NCBI RefSeq assembly: GCF_006345805.1
Contig: NC_043005.1
Coordinates: 30,318,001-30,382,000 of the forward strand
Reading direction: 5' to 3'
Length of the DNA: 64,000 nucleotides
Source of the DNA: Octopus sinensis
Taxonomy: Eukaryota
Part shown: positions 49,001 to 61,500 of the stretch, in pieces
Layout of the letters: each line of letters starts with the position of its first letter
How positions within the stretch are numbered: the stretch's first letter is position 1
The notes under the pieces: model-generated
The model's database searches: none
Told to the model about the DNA's origin: nothing
Seen by the model: only the letters and a program-made list of their open reading frames with translations
Position numbers and translations under genes: made by a program

Positions 49001-52000
49001 TCATAATCAGAGGGTAGCAGGTGTGGCTTTTGTACTGGGTAGCATGTTGCATCCTTAAGCAAGGTGCTTCATTCCACATTGCTTTCAGTTTTTTCAGCTG
49101 TAAATGAAAGTTATGCATGACAGCATGGAAAACAGACGTTTAACAATGATGATGATATTTCCATCATCATTATAACATTCTCTTTTCCATGCTTGCATTG
49201 GTTGGGTGGAGTTTGTTGAATCAGATTTTCTATGGCTGGATGCCCTTCCTGTCACCAACCCTCACCTGTTTGCAAGCAGGGTAATATTTCTCCTCCATGG
49301 CCAGACATGTTCTTGCTGAACATTGGGAATGACTGGCATTGCTTGTATGACAGTGATGGCAATTTTACAGCGAATGTATGATGTCAAGATAATGTGATAC
49401 ACACACACTTATATATGTATATAATATATATGTCATCATCATTGAACATTCATTTTCCATGCTGGCATGGGTTTGACTGGAGACAATATGGCCAGGGGCT
49501 GCACCAGGCTCCATTGTCTGTTCAGGCATGGTTTCTACACCTGGATGCCCTTCTGATGCCAACCATTCCACAAAGTATACCGAGTGGTTTTTATGTGGCA
49601 CCAGCACTGGTATCAATTTTGCTGTGGTGGATGGGTCTTCATGAGTACAACCATGAACTAGATGTCCTGTGTCTTCTTGGGTCTCTTTCTTCCACAAGTT
49701 CCATCCACTTGAAGTGATTAGCACTCATTGAATTCAGTCAAACCATGTATGTTAAATTATGTCTTTTTGACTCTTCTTTCTCATATATATGTATATATGT
49801 ATATGGCAACTTTAATTATAAACTGCTGCTAATTATCATTAAAACAAATTTCATTTGTAAATATCAGTTTTGTTTTTGTTGATGTGCAGGTATTGTTAAC
49901 TACATGATTTCCCAACAAGGTGGTGCTTCTAAACTTCAGGCTTCTGCCAAGGAACTCCAGAAATATATGAAAGAAGATGATATTACCATTGTTGGCTTTT
50001 TTAACAGTTTAGATGCACCTTTGATGTCTTCTTATTTAGATGCAGGTGAGATACAATTTACCTGGTTTTTCTTGGGTAATTAGGGTATTTGTCGTGACTT
50101 TTTAAGGCCTACATCTCCTTAATTTCTTCTGATTAGTTTTTTAATTAATAACTGATTATTAACTCTCATTAGGAAAGCATTTCAGTTATTTATTTTATGT
50201 TGTTGACTTAAATTTTCAGGTTTATTAAGTTTGCTTTTGTTAGTTGTTGTCCAGAAATTACTTGACCATTGAGAATATTTTCCAGTTCCAGAAGAAGGCT
50301 GGTTTCTTTCTGTCCATTTTGGAACAGAAAAATTTCTAGGAGGACCTGTTATGGACTAGGGTTAGCATTTTCTTATGTGAGCATCATTCAAAAGCATGAA
50401 ACAAAGCCTCCTTCTCTATTCTTTAACAACAAACAGCTTATACTCTCTCTCTCATTTCCAGAACTAACAACCTCTGATATACTTTCATGGAAAATCTACA
50501 TGACCAAGACAGCTTTTAAAAGGCTGACTTTCTTTTTCAAATCCAGAAAATATTAAAATTCTGAGTCACTGCTGATGTTATACAAAACTTTAATAGCTCT
50601 TATTCTAGAATATGGGTCTCAAAATATGTAGTGCAGTTGATGTGCATACAGTTGCACATATTGTATCAAATAAAAAAAAACATATGCCTGCATGCACACA
50701 CACACACAATCATTAAGCTTCTATTAGTTTTTATCCAGCAAACCCACTCACAAGTCTTTGGTCAACCGGGAGCTATAGTAGAAGACACTTGCTCAAGTTG
50801 CTGAGCAGTGTTTTGGGAAGTAAGTTAATTAAAACTAAATATTAATTACATCAACAGTTGTCACTTATCCTTCATCTAAAAGGTGATGGTCTTTTTGTCA
50901 TATTTACTAATAAAGTAAAGGTTATGCAATATTTTCCTGCAGTTGTCACTGGACCATTTTAGTTATTTTTGATTAAATATTCTATAAATATGATGTCTGT
51001 TTAATATTCAACATCTGTTGAAATATGTACGGCACCAGTAGAAATGTGGAATACATGGCGTCTTTGGGAATATACAACTGTTGAAGTATGTTATATTTTA
51101 TTTATTTCAGCAAATGAAGTCCGAGACGACTATAAGTTTGCTCATGTCCTCGATAAAGATGTCACCAAATCTTATGATCTGGTTGCAAACTCTATAGTTG
51201 TTTTTGTCCCAGAAAGATTCCAGACAGAATATGAACCAAAGAAACATGTTCTAAATAAGGTATGTTTTTTTTTCTTTCCTTTTCTTTTATTTTTTTGCTG
51301 GCTCAGACCACTTAGCTGCAAATAGTTGTCAAAGAAACATGGGTAAAAAGTTTCATTAAGTCACAGTTGTGGATCAACACTTGTTAGATAGCAAATTCTA
51401 CATTCTGGTTTCAATATCAGGTTGCAGCTATTTTTCATACTCATGCATTGGGAGAGGCATGAGCATCACAACTCCATGTCTTTCCTCAACCAACCCTTGA
51501 AATATTACATTTCATGTCAACCTCAGAAAAAACAGCAACAGGAAAATGCGCATTATTTTATCCTTTCTCCCCATTAACAAGGTTACAGCTCAAATTATGA
51601 CCAAACAAAGGAGTCTCTACATGGTTGCTCCACCTTCTAGAAATAGCAGCCGAATCTCCCTCAAACACATTCTACTGTCTATCAAAATGCACAATACTAT
51701 ATTGTGCATTACTCAAGCTCAGTCTTCCACCATTATTTCTCTAAATATATCTGCTTCTCTAACCATCGATAACTCTTTAATCATAACTCTTTCAATATCT
51801 AAAAGATATCTCCCACATCTCTCCTTTCATCTCCACTGCAGAAACCGAAACCTTCAAAATCTTCTACTCTCCCCTTCTCTCATACAGACACTGCCAATGC
51901 CTTTCACTTATTTCTCCTCTCCAAACTCAGCCTCTGCCTAACTGTCACCACCTCTGCATCTGATATTTGACCTCTGCCTTCTTGTGACTGCTCATCACAT

Positions 52001-52714
52001 GTTTTCATTTACTATATAATATCTCATGAACTGTATGACACCTCAGGTCAGTGGACTGATTAGAGCTTTACCGATTATCTCTGTCAGCTCATGTACTTCT
52101 AAAACATCAAAAGCAGCCAGACTGCTGGATCCCATATTCAACTGAAACTCGGAACTTTCAATCTTAATGATTTACTGACAGCTGTCCTACAAAGAACATG
52201 ATCTGCAATACTTGGAGGAAATCCTTTACCTCTACAGACTGAATGCTTTTTACTTAACCCTTCATCTCCTTCAAGACCATTATCACACAGTTTCTCAGTT
52301 CTTCAATTTTCTAAACTGTAGCCAACCCTTTCAGTCTGTTGCCAAAAGCAATTTAGTAGAATCCTCCTTTCTTCAGCTTCTTTACACAATGTTTCTACAA
52401 GCAGGACTTCTGTGAAGAAATCCTTCCCATTTACTTCCTACTCTCTAACCTAATTCCATGTTGCACGTAGACTTGGTATGTGTCCTTCTAAACTGTCTCT
52501 TTCCACTCCACCAGTCTCTCACTGTTACTTATATGACAAATGTGAACATATAGGTGCAGGATTGGCTGTGTGGTAAGTAGCTTGCTTATCAGCCACATGG
52601 TTCCGGGTTTAGTCCCACTGCATGGCACCTTGGGCAAGTGGTTTCTACTATAACCTCTGGCCAACCAAAGCCTTGTGAGTGGATTTGGTAGACAGAAACT
52701 GAAAGAAGCCTGTC

Positions 52715-52746
<32 letters not shown>

Positions 52747-55700
52747 TTGTCCCCCCAACATCGCTTGACAATCGATACTGGTGTGTTCATGTCCCCGTAA
52801 CTTAGTGGTTCGGCAAAGAGACCAATAGAATTAGTGCTAGGCTTACAAAGAATAAGTCCTGGAGTTGATTTGCTTGACTAAAGGCAGTGCTCCAGCATGG
52901 CCACAGTCAAATGACTGAAACAAGTAAAAGAATACTTCCAGCCACTTAAACAAACCTGGACACCAATGTTAACAGTGACCCCTGAATTTATTTACTAATA
53001 ATTTATTTTCTCTGTCATTGTTTCTGATCATTCATATTGTTTTGTTTTTTTTACAGGATGATGCACAGAGGTCAGATATTTTGAGTTTCATTGAGAAAAA
53101 CCAGTTCCCTCTTGTTGGCCATTACAACTTCAACAATGAGAAGAAGTACAATACAAAATATCCACTTTGTCTTGTGTTCTACACTGTAGACTGGAGTTTT
53201 GACTATAGAAAAGGTGAGACGGGCCCACTTTAACCTGTCCTTTAACTGTGGTAGTCATTGTATTTCAGTGAGACAAGCATAAAGCATACATGTGTGTGTG
53301 TGTGCATGCATATATACATACACATACATAAAAATATATTTACCACTCCTAACATTTGACTTCATACCTGACCCCATTCTGGCTTGAAAATCCTTATTAA
53401 TGATTCTAAAATACCAAGATCACAGAGACAACTAGGAGCTTATCTCTTAATATATGTTGAACTTTTAGGGTAAAAGAAAAGAAAAACATTGATTTTGTGA
53501 ATGAAGCAAATTTATAAACTAAAAGTGTATTTGGTTGAAAAATGCAAAACCTATTGTAATAATAACAGAAATAACTATATGAAAACACATGAAGGCCATC
53601 AGAACTCTAATAATACATGTTTATAAAACTTATCACTTAAACACTAGAGAACTGTACCTCCCAAAAGTACCTCTTTATGGATAGCTGTACCTCCCAGTGG
53701 TAACTATCTACTTTTTTGGCACCTACTTACAAGTAAGAGTCATGTGTCTCTTGAAAGACTCAGTACAGTACCTGTAAGCTAATACTTTAATAATTTACCT
53801 GTAAAAACACCTGTAAGCATGCTTTGAACAAACCTGTAAACTAATTCTTTAATAACTACTAAATCAGTTGAGCTAAAGTTTTCCATTTTTTTTTTTTTTT
53901 TTACTTCATGGAAGTTTCCAGAACTGGTTGATATTGCTGCAAAAAATCTAAATCAAATTTTTAAAGATAAGAATCCTGCTACTAATGCTAATGAGATTTT
54001 TTCTTTTCTTTTCTTCTCTCTAAAGCAACCCAGATCTGGCGGAAGAAGATTGCCAAAATTGCCCGAAACTACAAAAGCATCACTTTTGCTGTTGCCAATG
54101 AAGATGACCATTCTAATTTAATGAAAGATTTTGGATTTGAAGATTCTGGTGAAGATATGAACATTGGAATAATGACAGAAGAAAAACGTTATACCATGGA
54201 ACCAATGGACGAATTTGAATCGTCTCATATTGAATCGTTTTTAGATGACTTTGTTAGCGGTTAGTGTCTGCACATTTTTGTTAAAGTTCAAGACTTAAAT
54301 TAATTTCATTAGTTTTTTATCTGTTAGTTAACTTCTCCATATCTGGCATAAATTCACCCACCACTTAGTTGATTGGGATTTTTCCCTCTTTCCTATTCTT
54401 TTCTTGTCTTGCAAGTTACTGGATGACCTTGCTGGCACTGGTAGCATGAAAATAAGTGCCAAGTTCACACTAAAGTGGTTGGCATTAGGAAGGGGTCCAG
54501 CTGTAGAAACCACAGCAAAGCTGACATTGTGGCTCAAGGCAACCCTACAAATCCTGCCAAATCGTCCAGCATAGAAAATGGATGTTACATAATGATGATG
54601 ATGGTTGTCTTCTTTTGTAACTACTTTGAGAAAGATTTTCATCTTCTTCACGACTATTCTTGGCAGACTTACTACTCTCCCTACCTTTGTATCCTTAACC
54701 CTTTAGTGTTCACATTATTCTGCCAAAATTAATCCTTTTTGATTCACATTGTTTTAAACTAATCATGCATTATCTTGTAGCTATGGGATTTTGATGGGGT
54801 AACTGTTAATTTTAAAGATGATATTGTAGGGTTGGTGTGAGAGACCAGATCTGGCCTGTTTGAACATAAAACAGGCAGAATACTTTTGGCCGGATATGGC
54901 CAGTTTAAATGCTAAAGGGTTAATTGTGCTTTAAGCTGCTTAGCTGTCAATTTCATTAGTCATTAGTTGATCCTTCTGTTGGGTCCTTTTACACTTATTC
55001 TTTTCTCATTCAGCAATCTCACTTTGTAACATTTGCAAGTCTTTTCATAGCATCAGCGAGCGGAAAGAAGCATTCCACTATCAGAATGCATTAAGGTTGA
55101 AATTCTCTTAATATATGCACAAATAACTGTATGGTGGTGATGATGATGATTAACTATTAATTTATTAGAACATAATGGGTAAACTAGTGCAGAAGGCCAG
55201 TTATTGACCCGGGTCTACAGGAATTAAACTTACCTAATAAGGAAGGTAGAAAGTTTAGTAAAAGAAGTTGGCGTAAGTTGTACTGGTTGAAATATGTAAC
55301 ATGTCGTATAGACAAATAATAATGCTGAGCGATGTTGGCTATATTTTACACATGTCCAGATTATTTCATTCAATTGTTGGTGGTGTTGCTAGCAAGCATC
55401 TGGAAATATGACCTTTTTCTTAAATTTGATGTCTTAAGTTTATTCTGTGAATTAATAGGTTAGGAAGGGCATCCAGCTGTAGAAACATTGTCAGATCGGA
55501 TTGGAGCCTAGTGCAACCTTCTGGCTTGCCAGCCTTCAGTCGAACCATCCAACCCATGCCAGCAAGGAAAGTGGATGTTAAACGATGATATACATGGAAC
55601 AATGGTCTCATGACTCACATGGAACGTTTGATAGTTTTATTTCAGCAGAGTACTCTTTCTCTCTATAAAAATCAACTGAATATCCTTATGTTTGTCTGTT

Positions 55701-56212
55701 ACTATTTATATATATTTATAAAAACACAACCTAAAATATAGAATGCATAAATTTTGATTTCCATTGTAATTTTTTCTAAATTTGTTTATATTCCTGTAGG
55801 TAATCTGAAACCACACATCAAATCACAACCAATTCCCAAGAAAGACAAAGGTCCAGTAGTTACAGTTGTGGCCAACAACTTTGATTCTGTGGTTCTTGAC
55901 AAGTCGAAAGATGTCCTTATTGAATTTTATGCCCCATGGTGTGGTCATTGTCAGAAATTGGAACCAATATACAAAAAACTTGCCAAATCACTGCAGAAAA
56001 ATCAAAATCTTGTCATTGCCAAGATGGATGCAACAGCTAATGATGTGCCTTCTAATTTCAAAACAGAAGGTTTTCCAACTATTTATTTTGCTCCCACCAA
56101 TAATAAGGAGAACCCTGTAAAATTTACTGGCGGCAGAGAGTTGAAAGATTTTGTTAAATTCCTTGAAGAACATAGCACCGTCTCACTAAACACTAAACAT
56201 ATTGAATTGTAA
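36755..56212 (+). CDS. PDIA4: Protein disulfide-isomerase A4 (ERp72), 11 coding exons: join(36755-36875,39276-39381,39929-40051,42625-42707,44225-44363,47890-48095,49890-50045,51111-51259,53057-53213,54026-54259,55800-56212); 1887 nt, 628 aa
   Basis: Manual splicing gives a continuous ORF with GT-AG introns and matching phases. It encodes a signal peptide, an acidic N-terminal tract, three thioredoxin domains each with [10 protein letters not shown] (a0-a-b-b'-a' layout) and a C-terminal ER-retention-like HIEL. Confidence 0.96.
39276..39381 (+). CDS. PDIA4: PDIA4 exon 2
   Basis: TGTAG| (D)[34 protein letters not shown](W) |GTAAG. Confidence 0.95.
39929..40051 (+). CDS. PDIA4: PDIA4 exon 3 (first CGHC)
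   Basis: TTCAG| (W)[40 protein letters not shown](R) |GTATT. Confidence 0.96.
40449..41407. mobile_element. Probable decayed piggyBac-like non-autonomous element in PDIA4 intron 3
   Basis: Imperfect inverted termini (GGATCTT..TTTGGCTGCCAGCAT) bounded by TTAA; Cys-rich remnant on the - strand. Confidence 0.4.
42241..42465 (+). mobile_element. Family 1 SINE in PDIA4 intron 3
   Basis: Same head and central domain as 23267-23495. Confidence 0.85.
42625..42707 (+). CDS. PDIA4: PDIA4 exon 4
   Basis: GTCAG| [27 protein letters not shown](G) |GTATGT. Confidence 0.95.
43390..43655 (+). mobile_element. Family 3 repeat nested in the central microsatellite of a family 2 SINE
   Basis: Family 2 halves at 43185-43385 and 43660-43815 (-) flank it. 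Confidence 0.75.
44225..44363 (+). CDS. PDIA4: PDIA4 exon 5
   Basis: AACAG| (G)[45 protein letters not shown](W) |GTATAG. Confidence 0.95.
46450..47815 (-). mobile_element. RTE-clade LINE 3' portion (RT C-terminus, 3' UTR, (GAT)n tail) in PDIA4 intron 5
   Basis: [44 protein letters not shown]; 3' UTR with ~130-bp duplicated unit ending ...CCAACCCATGCCAGCATGG..GATGATG. Confidence 0.88.
47890..48095 (+). CDS. PDIA4: PDIA4 exon 6 (second CGHC)
   Basis: TTTAG| (W)[33 protein letters not shown]...GPREDY(G) |GTAAAG. Confidence 0.96.
49890..50045 (+). CDS. PDIA4: PDIA4 exon 7 (b domain start)
   Basis: TGCAG| (G)[51 protein letters not shown] |GTGAG. Confidence 0.94.
51111..51259 (+). CDS. PDIA4: PDIA4 exon 8
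   Basis: TTCAG| (A)[15 protein letters not shown]...[18 protein letters not shown] |GTATG. Confidence 0.94.
52551..52932 (+). mobile_element. SINE family 2 in PDIA4 intron 8
   Basis: Full-length copy. Confidence 0.85.
53057..53213 (+). CDS. PDIA4: PDIA4 exon 9
   Basis: TACAG| [23 protein letters not shown]...[17 protein letters not shown] |GTGAG. Confidence 0.94.
54026..54259 (+). CDS. PDIA4: PDIA4 exon 10 (b' domain)
   Basis: TAAAG| (A)[27 protein letters not shown]...FLDDFVS(G) |GTTAGT. Confidence 0.94.
54699..54919. mobile_element. piggyBac-type MITE in PDIA4 intron 10
   Basis: TTAA|CCCTTTAG ... CTAAAGGG|TTAA. Confidence 0.85.
55800..56212 (+). CDS. PDIA4: PDIA4 exon 11 (third CGHC, C-terminal HIEL, stop)
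   Basis: TGTAG| (G)[13 protein letters not shown]...[15 protein letters not shown]...NTKHIEL*; matches ORF track 55754..56212. Confidence 0.97.
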
Positions 56213-56291
56213 AATCGAAAAAAGAAATTTCAAAACTCTTCCTAATTTTTATTATGATTATTATTATTATTATTATTAATATTATTATTAA

Positions 56292-56502
56292 GGCAGCAAG
56301 TTGGCAGAATTATTAGCACTTTGGGCAAAATGCTTAGTGGTATTTCATCTATCTTTATGTTCTGAGTTCAAATTCTGCTGAGGTCAACTTTACCTTTCAT
56401 CCATTCAGGGTCGATAAATTAAGCACCAGTTGCATGCTGGGGTCGATCTAACTGACTGGCCCCTCTCCCCAAATTTCAGGCCTTGTGCCTTGAGTAGAAA
56501 GG

Positions 56503-56503
<1 letters not shown>
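56292..56503 (+). mobile_element. Family 1 SINE in the presumptive PDIA4 3' UTR
   Basis: Starts 80 nt after the stop codon; flanked by (ATT)n. Confidence 0.85.
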
Positions 56504-56535
<32 letters not shown>

Positions 56536-56703
56536 TTGATAAAGATCTTGTGATTGTGTGTCTCAACAAATGTCTTAAAACTACAATTTTGTATTCTTCC
56601 ATTTGCGAATTCATTCAACTTGAAGAATATTTTGAGTAAAAATTTTTCGCTTTTGCTTTCCTCTCAAAAACATTTTCATCTGTAATATTTTTTTTTATAA
56701 AAA

Positions 56704-56709
56704 AATAAA
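56704..56709 (+). terminator. Candidate PDIA4 polyadenylation signal
   Basis: AATAAA about 490 nt downstream of the stop; not verified as the site used. Confidence 0.35.
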
Positions 56710-57829
56710 AAGTTCAATTCTAATGAATAATTCATTCCTGGATGCCAGACCATTCTCGATTTGTCTTTTGGGTTCATTTCCCTGCATTACCATTCATGTT
56801 CTTGCATGTATGATACATTTATCTACTGAGTAGGTTCATTGCCTTCTGTAATATTCCACTTCAAGCAACTACTGACAAATCTAGTATCAGCTGTAGTATT
56901 AGTAGTAGTAGTAGTAACAATAGGAGTTTTAGTTGTAACACTCACAACTAAAACTACAAACGTGCTCACTTCAGATTCCTGGTAACCTCCTCCAAAATCC
57001 AACTGCTTCGTTGATCTCTTGACAAAAGATGTTGTATGCCTCTCATGGCATATCATAAACTTTAGTTTGTTTTTTTTTTTTTGCTTTTGGTTTATATTTG
57101 CCCACGGTAAAAGTAACTGGTTTTTTCTCTCTCGTGGAATTTTCATTATGAAAAATTTAATCGATGCTGATTGATCCTGATAGGTTTTTAGGTTAATCAA
57201 ATTACTTCATTTATAGTTACTGTTTAAAGGAGCTTATTGTTATTTCTCAGCTCCATGCACAGACCATAGAGTTAAGTGAGGTGGTGGGGGACTAAACAGT
57301 CATAGTATTAAATGTTGGGTAAGGGGGGTATCAACTAGTGTGAGGTGGGTGATGCACTAATGCTAGGTAACAAAGGTGGTGGCAGGGGTGGGCTTTAGCA
57401 TGACTGCTGTGTCAGATATGAGGCTGTGTTAAACCACCATTGCAGCATTAGGTGACAAAGAGGGACCAAACAATGGCAATGTTAGCTATAATAAAGTTTA
57501 TGTATAAAATGCAATGAAATATCATAATTATTACTTTTGTATGGGATCCAAAACTTATGTAAATAAAAATCTTTTTGACAACATATTCTGTTTTTTTTTT
57601 GTCATTGTTGTATCATCTGTTGTTACTATGTACCTCATTGGTTTTTATAAATAAGGGATGGCTGTGAGCTTAAGAAGTTTGCTTCCCAATCATGTGGTTT
57701 CAGGTTCAGTTTCACTCTATGGCACTTTGGGTAAATTAACTTCTGCTATATTTCAGAACCAACTGAAGTGCATTGTGAGTGCATTTGGTTGAAGGAAACT
57801 GAAAGAAGCCTCTGTGTGTGTGTATATAT

Positions 57830-58510
57830 TCTTTTATTTGTTTCAGTCATTTGATTGTGGTCATGCTGGAGCACTGCCTTAGTTGAACAAATTGACTCCA
57901 TGACTTATTCTTTGTAAGCCTAGTACTTATTCTATCAGCCCCTATTGCTGAACTGCTAAGTTACGGGGGACCTAAACATATCAGCATCGGTTGTCAAGCA
58001 ATGTTGGTAGGATAAACGCAGACACACCAACATATACACACACATACATACATATGTATATATATATATATATATATATATTGGAAGGTTTGGAGATGAT
58101 GTACAGGTATTATATATTAGAAAAAATGAGGTAATCAGATCGGATGGTTCATATTTATAGATATTTATTTATATATTACATTTTTTACATATATATCTAT
58201 CATATCATTCGGATTATTAGCGCTTTCTCCCAATCCAGTGGGGTTTTCAAAAACCCTACTGGATTGGGAGAAAGCGCTAATAATCCGAATGATATGATAG
58301 ATATATATGTAAAAAATGTAATATATAAATAAATATGAACCATCCGATCTGATTACCTCATTTTTTCTAATATATGTATATATATACACACAATCGGCTT
58401 ATTTCAGTCTCCATCTACCAAATCCACTCAAGGTGCCATGCAGTGGGACTGAACCTGGAACCATGTGGTTGGTAAACAAGCTACTTACCACACAGCCACT
58501 CCTATGCCTA
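57830..58510 (-). mobile_element. SINE family 2 interrupted by the 264-bp palindrome
   Basis: 3' half 57830-58080, 5' half 58390-58510. Confidence 0.8.
58112..58375. repeat. 264-bp near-perfect palindrome inserted in the (TA)n centre of a SINE
   Basis: Left and right arms are reverse complements except a 10-nt insertion in the left arm, one G/T mismatch and a ~2-nt centre. Confidence 0.95.
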
Positions 58511-61500
58511 TATATATATATATGTGTGTGTGTGTGTTTTGACATCAAGGGATAGTTGTAAACAAACATCATTGTCATACAAGCAGAGCATCTCATTTCT
58601 AGTCTTCCCTGAAAATATGTCTGGCCAGGGGCAAACATTACTTTATATGGAAACAGGTGAGGATTGGTGACAGAAAGGGCATCCAACCATAGAAAAATTT
58701 ACTGCAATGGATTCCTTCTGATTGATGCAAGCCTGGAAAAGGACCCATTAAAACAATGATGTCAAATAACGTGATGTTGGCCATGTGAGAAAATGGTAAA
58801 CTCTGATAAACACTTTGCAGTATATAATTTGTAGAACACTTGAGAAAATTAGATACTTACAGAAGAAAGCCTTGATATATTATTAATTTGACTGAATATT
58901 TGAAATAATATTGTGATCATCTTTACTCATATTGCAGGTCAATGTCTGGTAGAGTTTGTTACTGTCTTTAAACACCTACATGGTAATGGTAAATTACTGA
59001 ATTTAGTCAAGAGAATTCTTCTAAAAATACTGGTGCTGGTGGTGGGCCATAGATTAAGCCTACTTAAGTCTATAAGAAGATTAGTAATTTTCCAGAATTT
59101 TTAGATTTGGAGTAAAAAAGAAAATATTTGTATTTACAAGGTTTTGCTCATTTTGGATAGTTTCAAAATGTGGAGCAGGTTTCAACCATTCACCAGAAAG
59201 AAGACTTTCTGTAAGAAACTGTAAAGGACTCATCTGAGAAGAAAAAACAAGAAAAAAAGCAAAGACATTGATAAAGAAGCAACCAATATACTCTCAGAAA
59301 ATGGTCATTTATGTTGTGTTTGCTTCTAGAAAACTGCTGTGATGTGCATGTTTGTCAATATATAAAAAATTTCAAAGTAGTTTTCATATAATAAATATAG
59401 TGTAAACGTTTTCCCAAATATCCTCCAAGTAACACAATCACCTATTTTTAACTAAATGTAAGTGATTTGAGTTTAACAAAAACAATTGAATAAAGGTGGC
59501 AGAGAGAGCATTGCAAGAAAAGAAGTGAAAGTAACAGAATGAACCGGAGAAAAACGAAAGGTATTTAATGAAATAACTGGGAAAGAGGTATAAACAGAAT
59601 ATGAGAGAAAGAAAAGAGACTAAGGCCAAAGTGTAAAAAATGTTGAAAAAAAACAAAAAAGGATAAAAGAGGAAAAAAGTGATAAGAATACAGAAACAGA
59701 AAGACTAATAGGAACAAAAGAGAGAGAGAGAGCATTGCAAGGAAACAGTTAAAGAGAGATGAATGTAAAACATTTAAAAATGTATGTTACAGGAATAAAG
59801 ATAATTTTCTGATTGAAACATGTAGTTAAAATCATCAACATTAAAAGAATCTTAAAAAATGCTTGTTGATAAAGCTATATTAAAACTGGAATTTATAAGA
59901 ATTTTCTAGACAGTGTAAATTTTAATAATTGCTTTCTTTTAGTAAGAAATACATAATCATAACTAATTAATAAGTAGCTTTCTTTATTAAAGTAAAGAAA
60001 GAGTTTGCATCTAAATCTGTACACAGTCACCATATTAACAGTGGTACCTTATATCTAAATCTATGCAAAGAGACAGGCTGACAGACAGAAGCAAACAGAT
60101 GAACAAAAGGAATATAACAAAGAAACATGGTTGAAATGATTTTAGTGTGTTAGTCATAAGAATTTGAACATTTTAAAATTTCAAAATTTTTCCTGCCAGT
60201 ATTTTTTATTAATTTTTTTATATGTAAGAATTCCATTTATTATTTGAATAAGATATTTACTAGCACATATGAGTTTAAGAATTTCAGTAAGGTTATACTG
60301 AAATCTGATGTATCCAAGACAATATGTGACACAGATGTATGCATGTGTGTATGTACCATATTTGATGGCATTGCAAAACCCACAGGTGTATCAGATGCAT
60401 CCAAATTTCAGGTGAGAAAAATAAATTTTTGTGCATTGAAGCTTATGGGAGTGGGAGGGGGTGCTAACTTCATGTATAGGTGCTGGGGAAACTTCCCTGA
60501 GACAATTTTTGGAAAAAATGTGCAGGCTTATATGCCATCAAATACAATGTGTGTGTGTGTGTGTGTGCGAGTGCATGCATGTGTGTGTGTGTGTGTTTAT
60601 GAATAAAGAGTTAGAGGCAGATTTATAATACCCCAAAATCTATTTGATATTAAAAGTCAAATGTGGAAATCAATAATTTTAAATCAAGCTGAAGAATTTT
60701 TTTTTGCTCTTCACTTTTCTTTCTTTTGATGTTTTCTTCTGTGAAATGTGCATGTACTTTTGGTTTTCATCACTGTCTTTTTATCTGACTTGACTTATTG
60801 GCGCTGTCTGTCCCCTCTTTTACCCTTTTCCAACAAGTTGTGGAGCACCTGAACATTTTATACAATAAGCTATTTATCATCATCATCATCATCATCATCA
60901 TTGTTATTATTAATCATTATTATTATTATGCAGAATATCTTTCAGTTGAGTTGCAGATTTGAAGAACAAACCAACAAACTTGCATATTTTAATTTCCTTA
61001 AAAAATATTTCATTTTTTTCTCATTTCATCATTGATATGTGAAATTTTTTTACCAGTTTTTCACAAAATGGAGTGTAAGGAATTCAAAATATTTTTAAAT
61101 ATGTGCAAGATTATGTTCATGTGTGTATACATTTGTTAGTATATAATTATTCATAAACAAGAAGTTATTGTTTGAATTGTTCTTAAGGTGAGAAAACATG
61201 ATTGGCCAATCTGAACCTAAAGAAAAATATGTGTGTGTGTGTGTTTTCTATGTATATGGTAAAAGATAGAAAGAAGAACCATTTTTTTGTTTTTTATAGA
61301 TTTACTTCAAATTATATATTGGAACCAATGGACATTCAGCTTAAGGGGTAACATCACCAAATCACATCTGTAATATCCCTGGAAGAACAAAAAATATGGT
61401 GATACAATCCCTAATTTTTGACTTGTATAAAATGTTTTCCCTAAGAAAAATGTTAACAATCTTCAATGAACATGTATGTATACATACTGCATTTGCCGGT

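Noticed and set aside
51760-52420. Host coding exons within ORFs 51546..51941 and 52212..52415
   Set aside because: Not needed for the PDIA4 frame; they look like a decayed LINE remnant, but similarity was too weak to assign a clade.
58144-58389. Mirror-image ORFs on both strands
   Set aside because: An artefact of the palindrome.
59138-59233. Minus-strand 96-nt exon (MSPLQFLTESLLSGEWLKPAPHFETIQNEQNL)
   Set aside because: Good acceptor but a weak donor, no compatible neighbouring exon and no recognisable homology.
60244-60606. 120-aa ORF
   Set aside because: Partly microsatellite-derived, no recognisable domain, no coherent exon chain.
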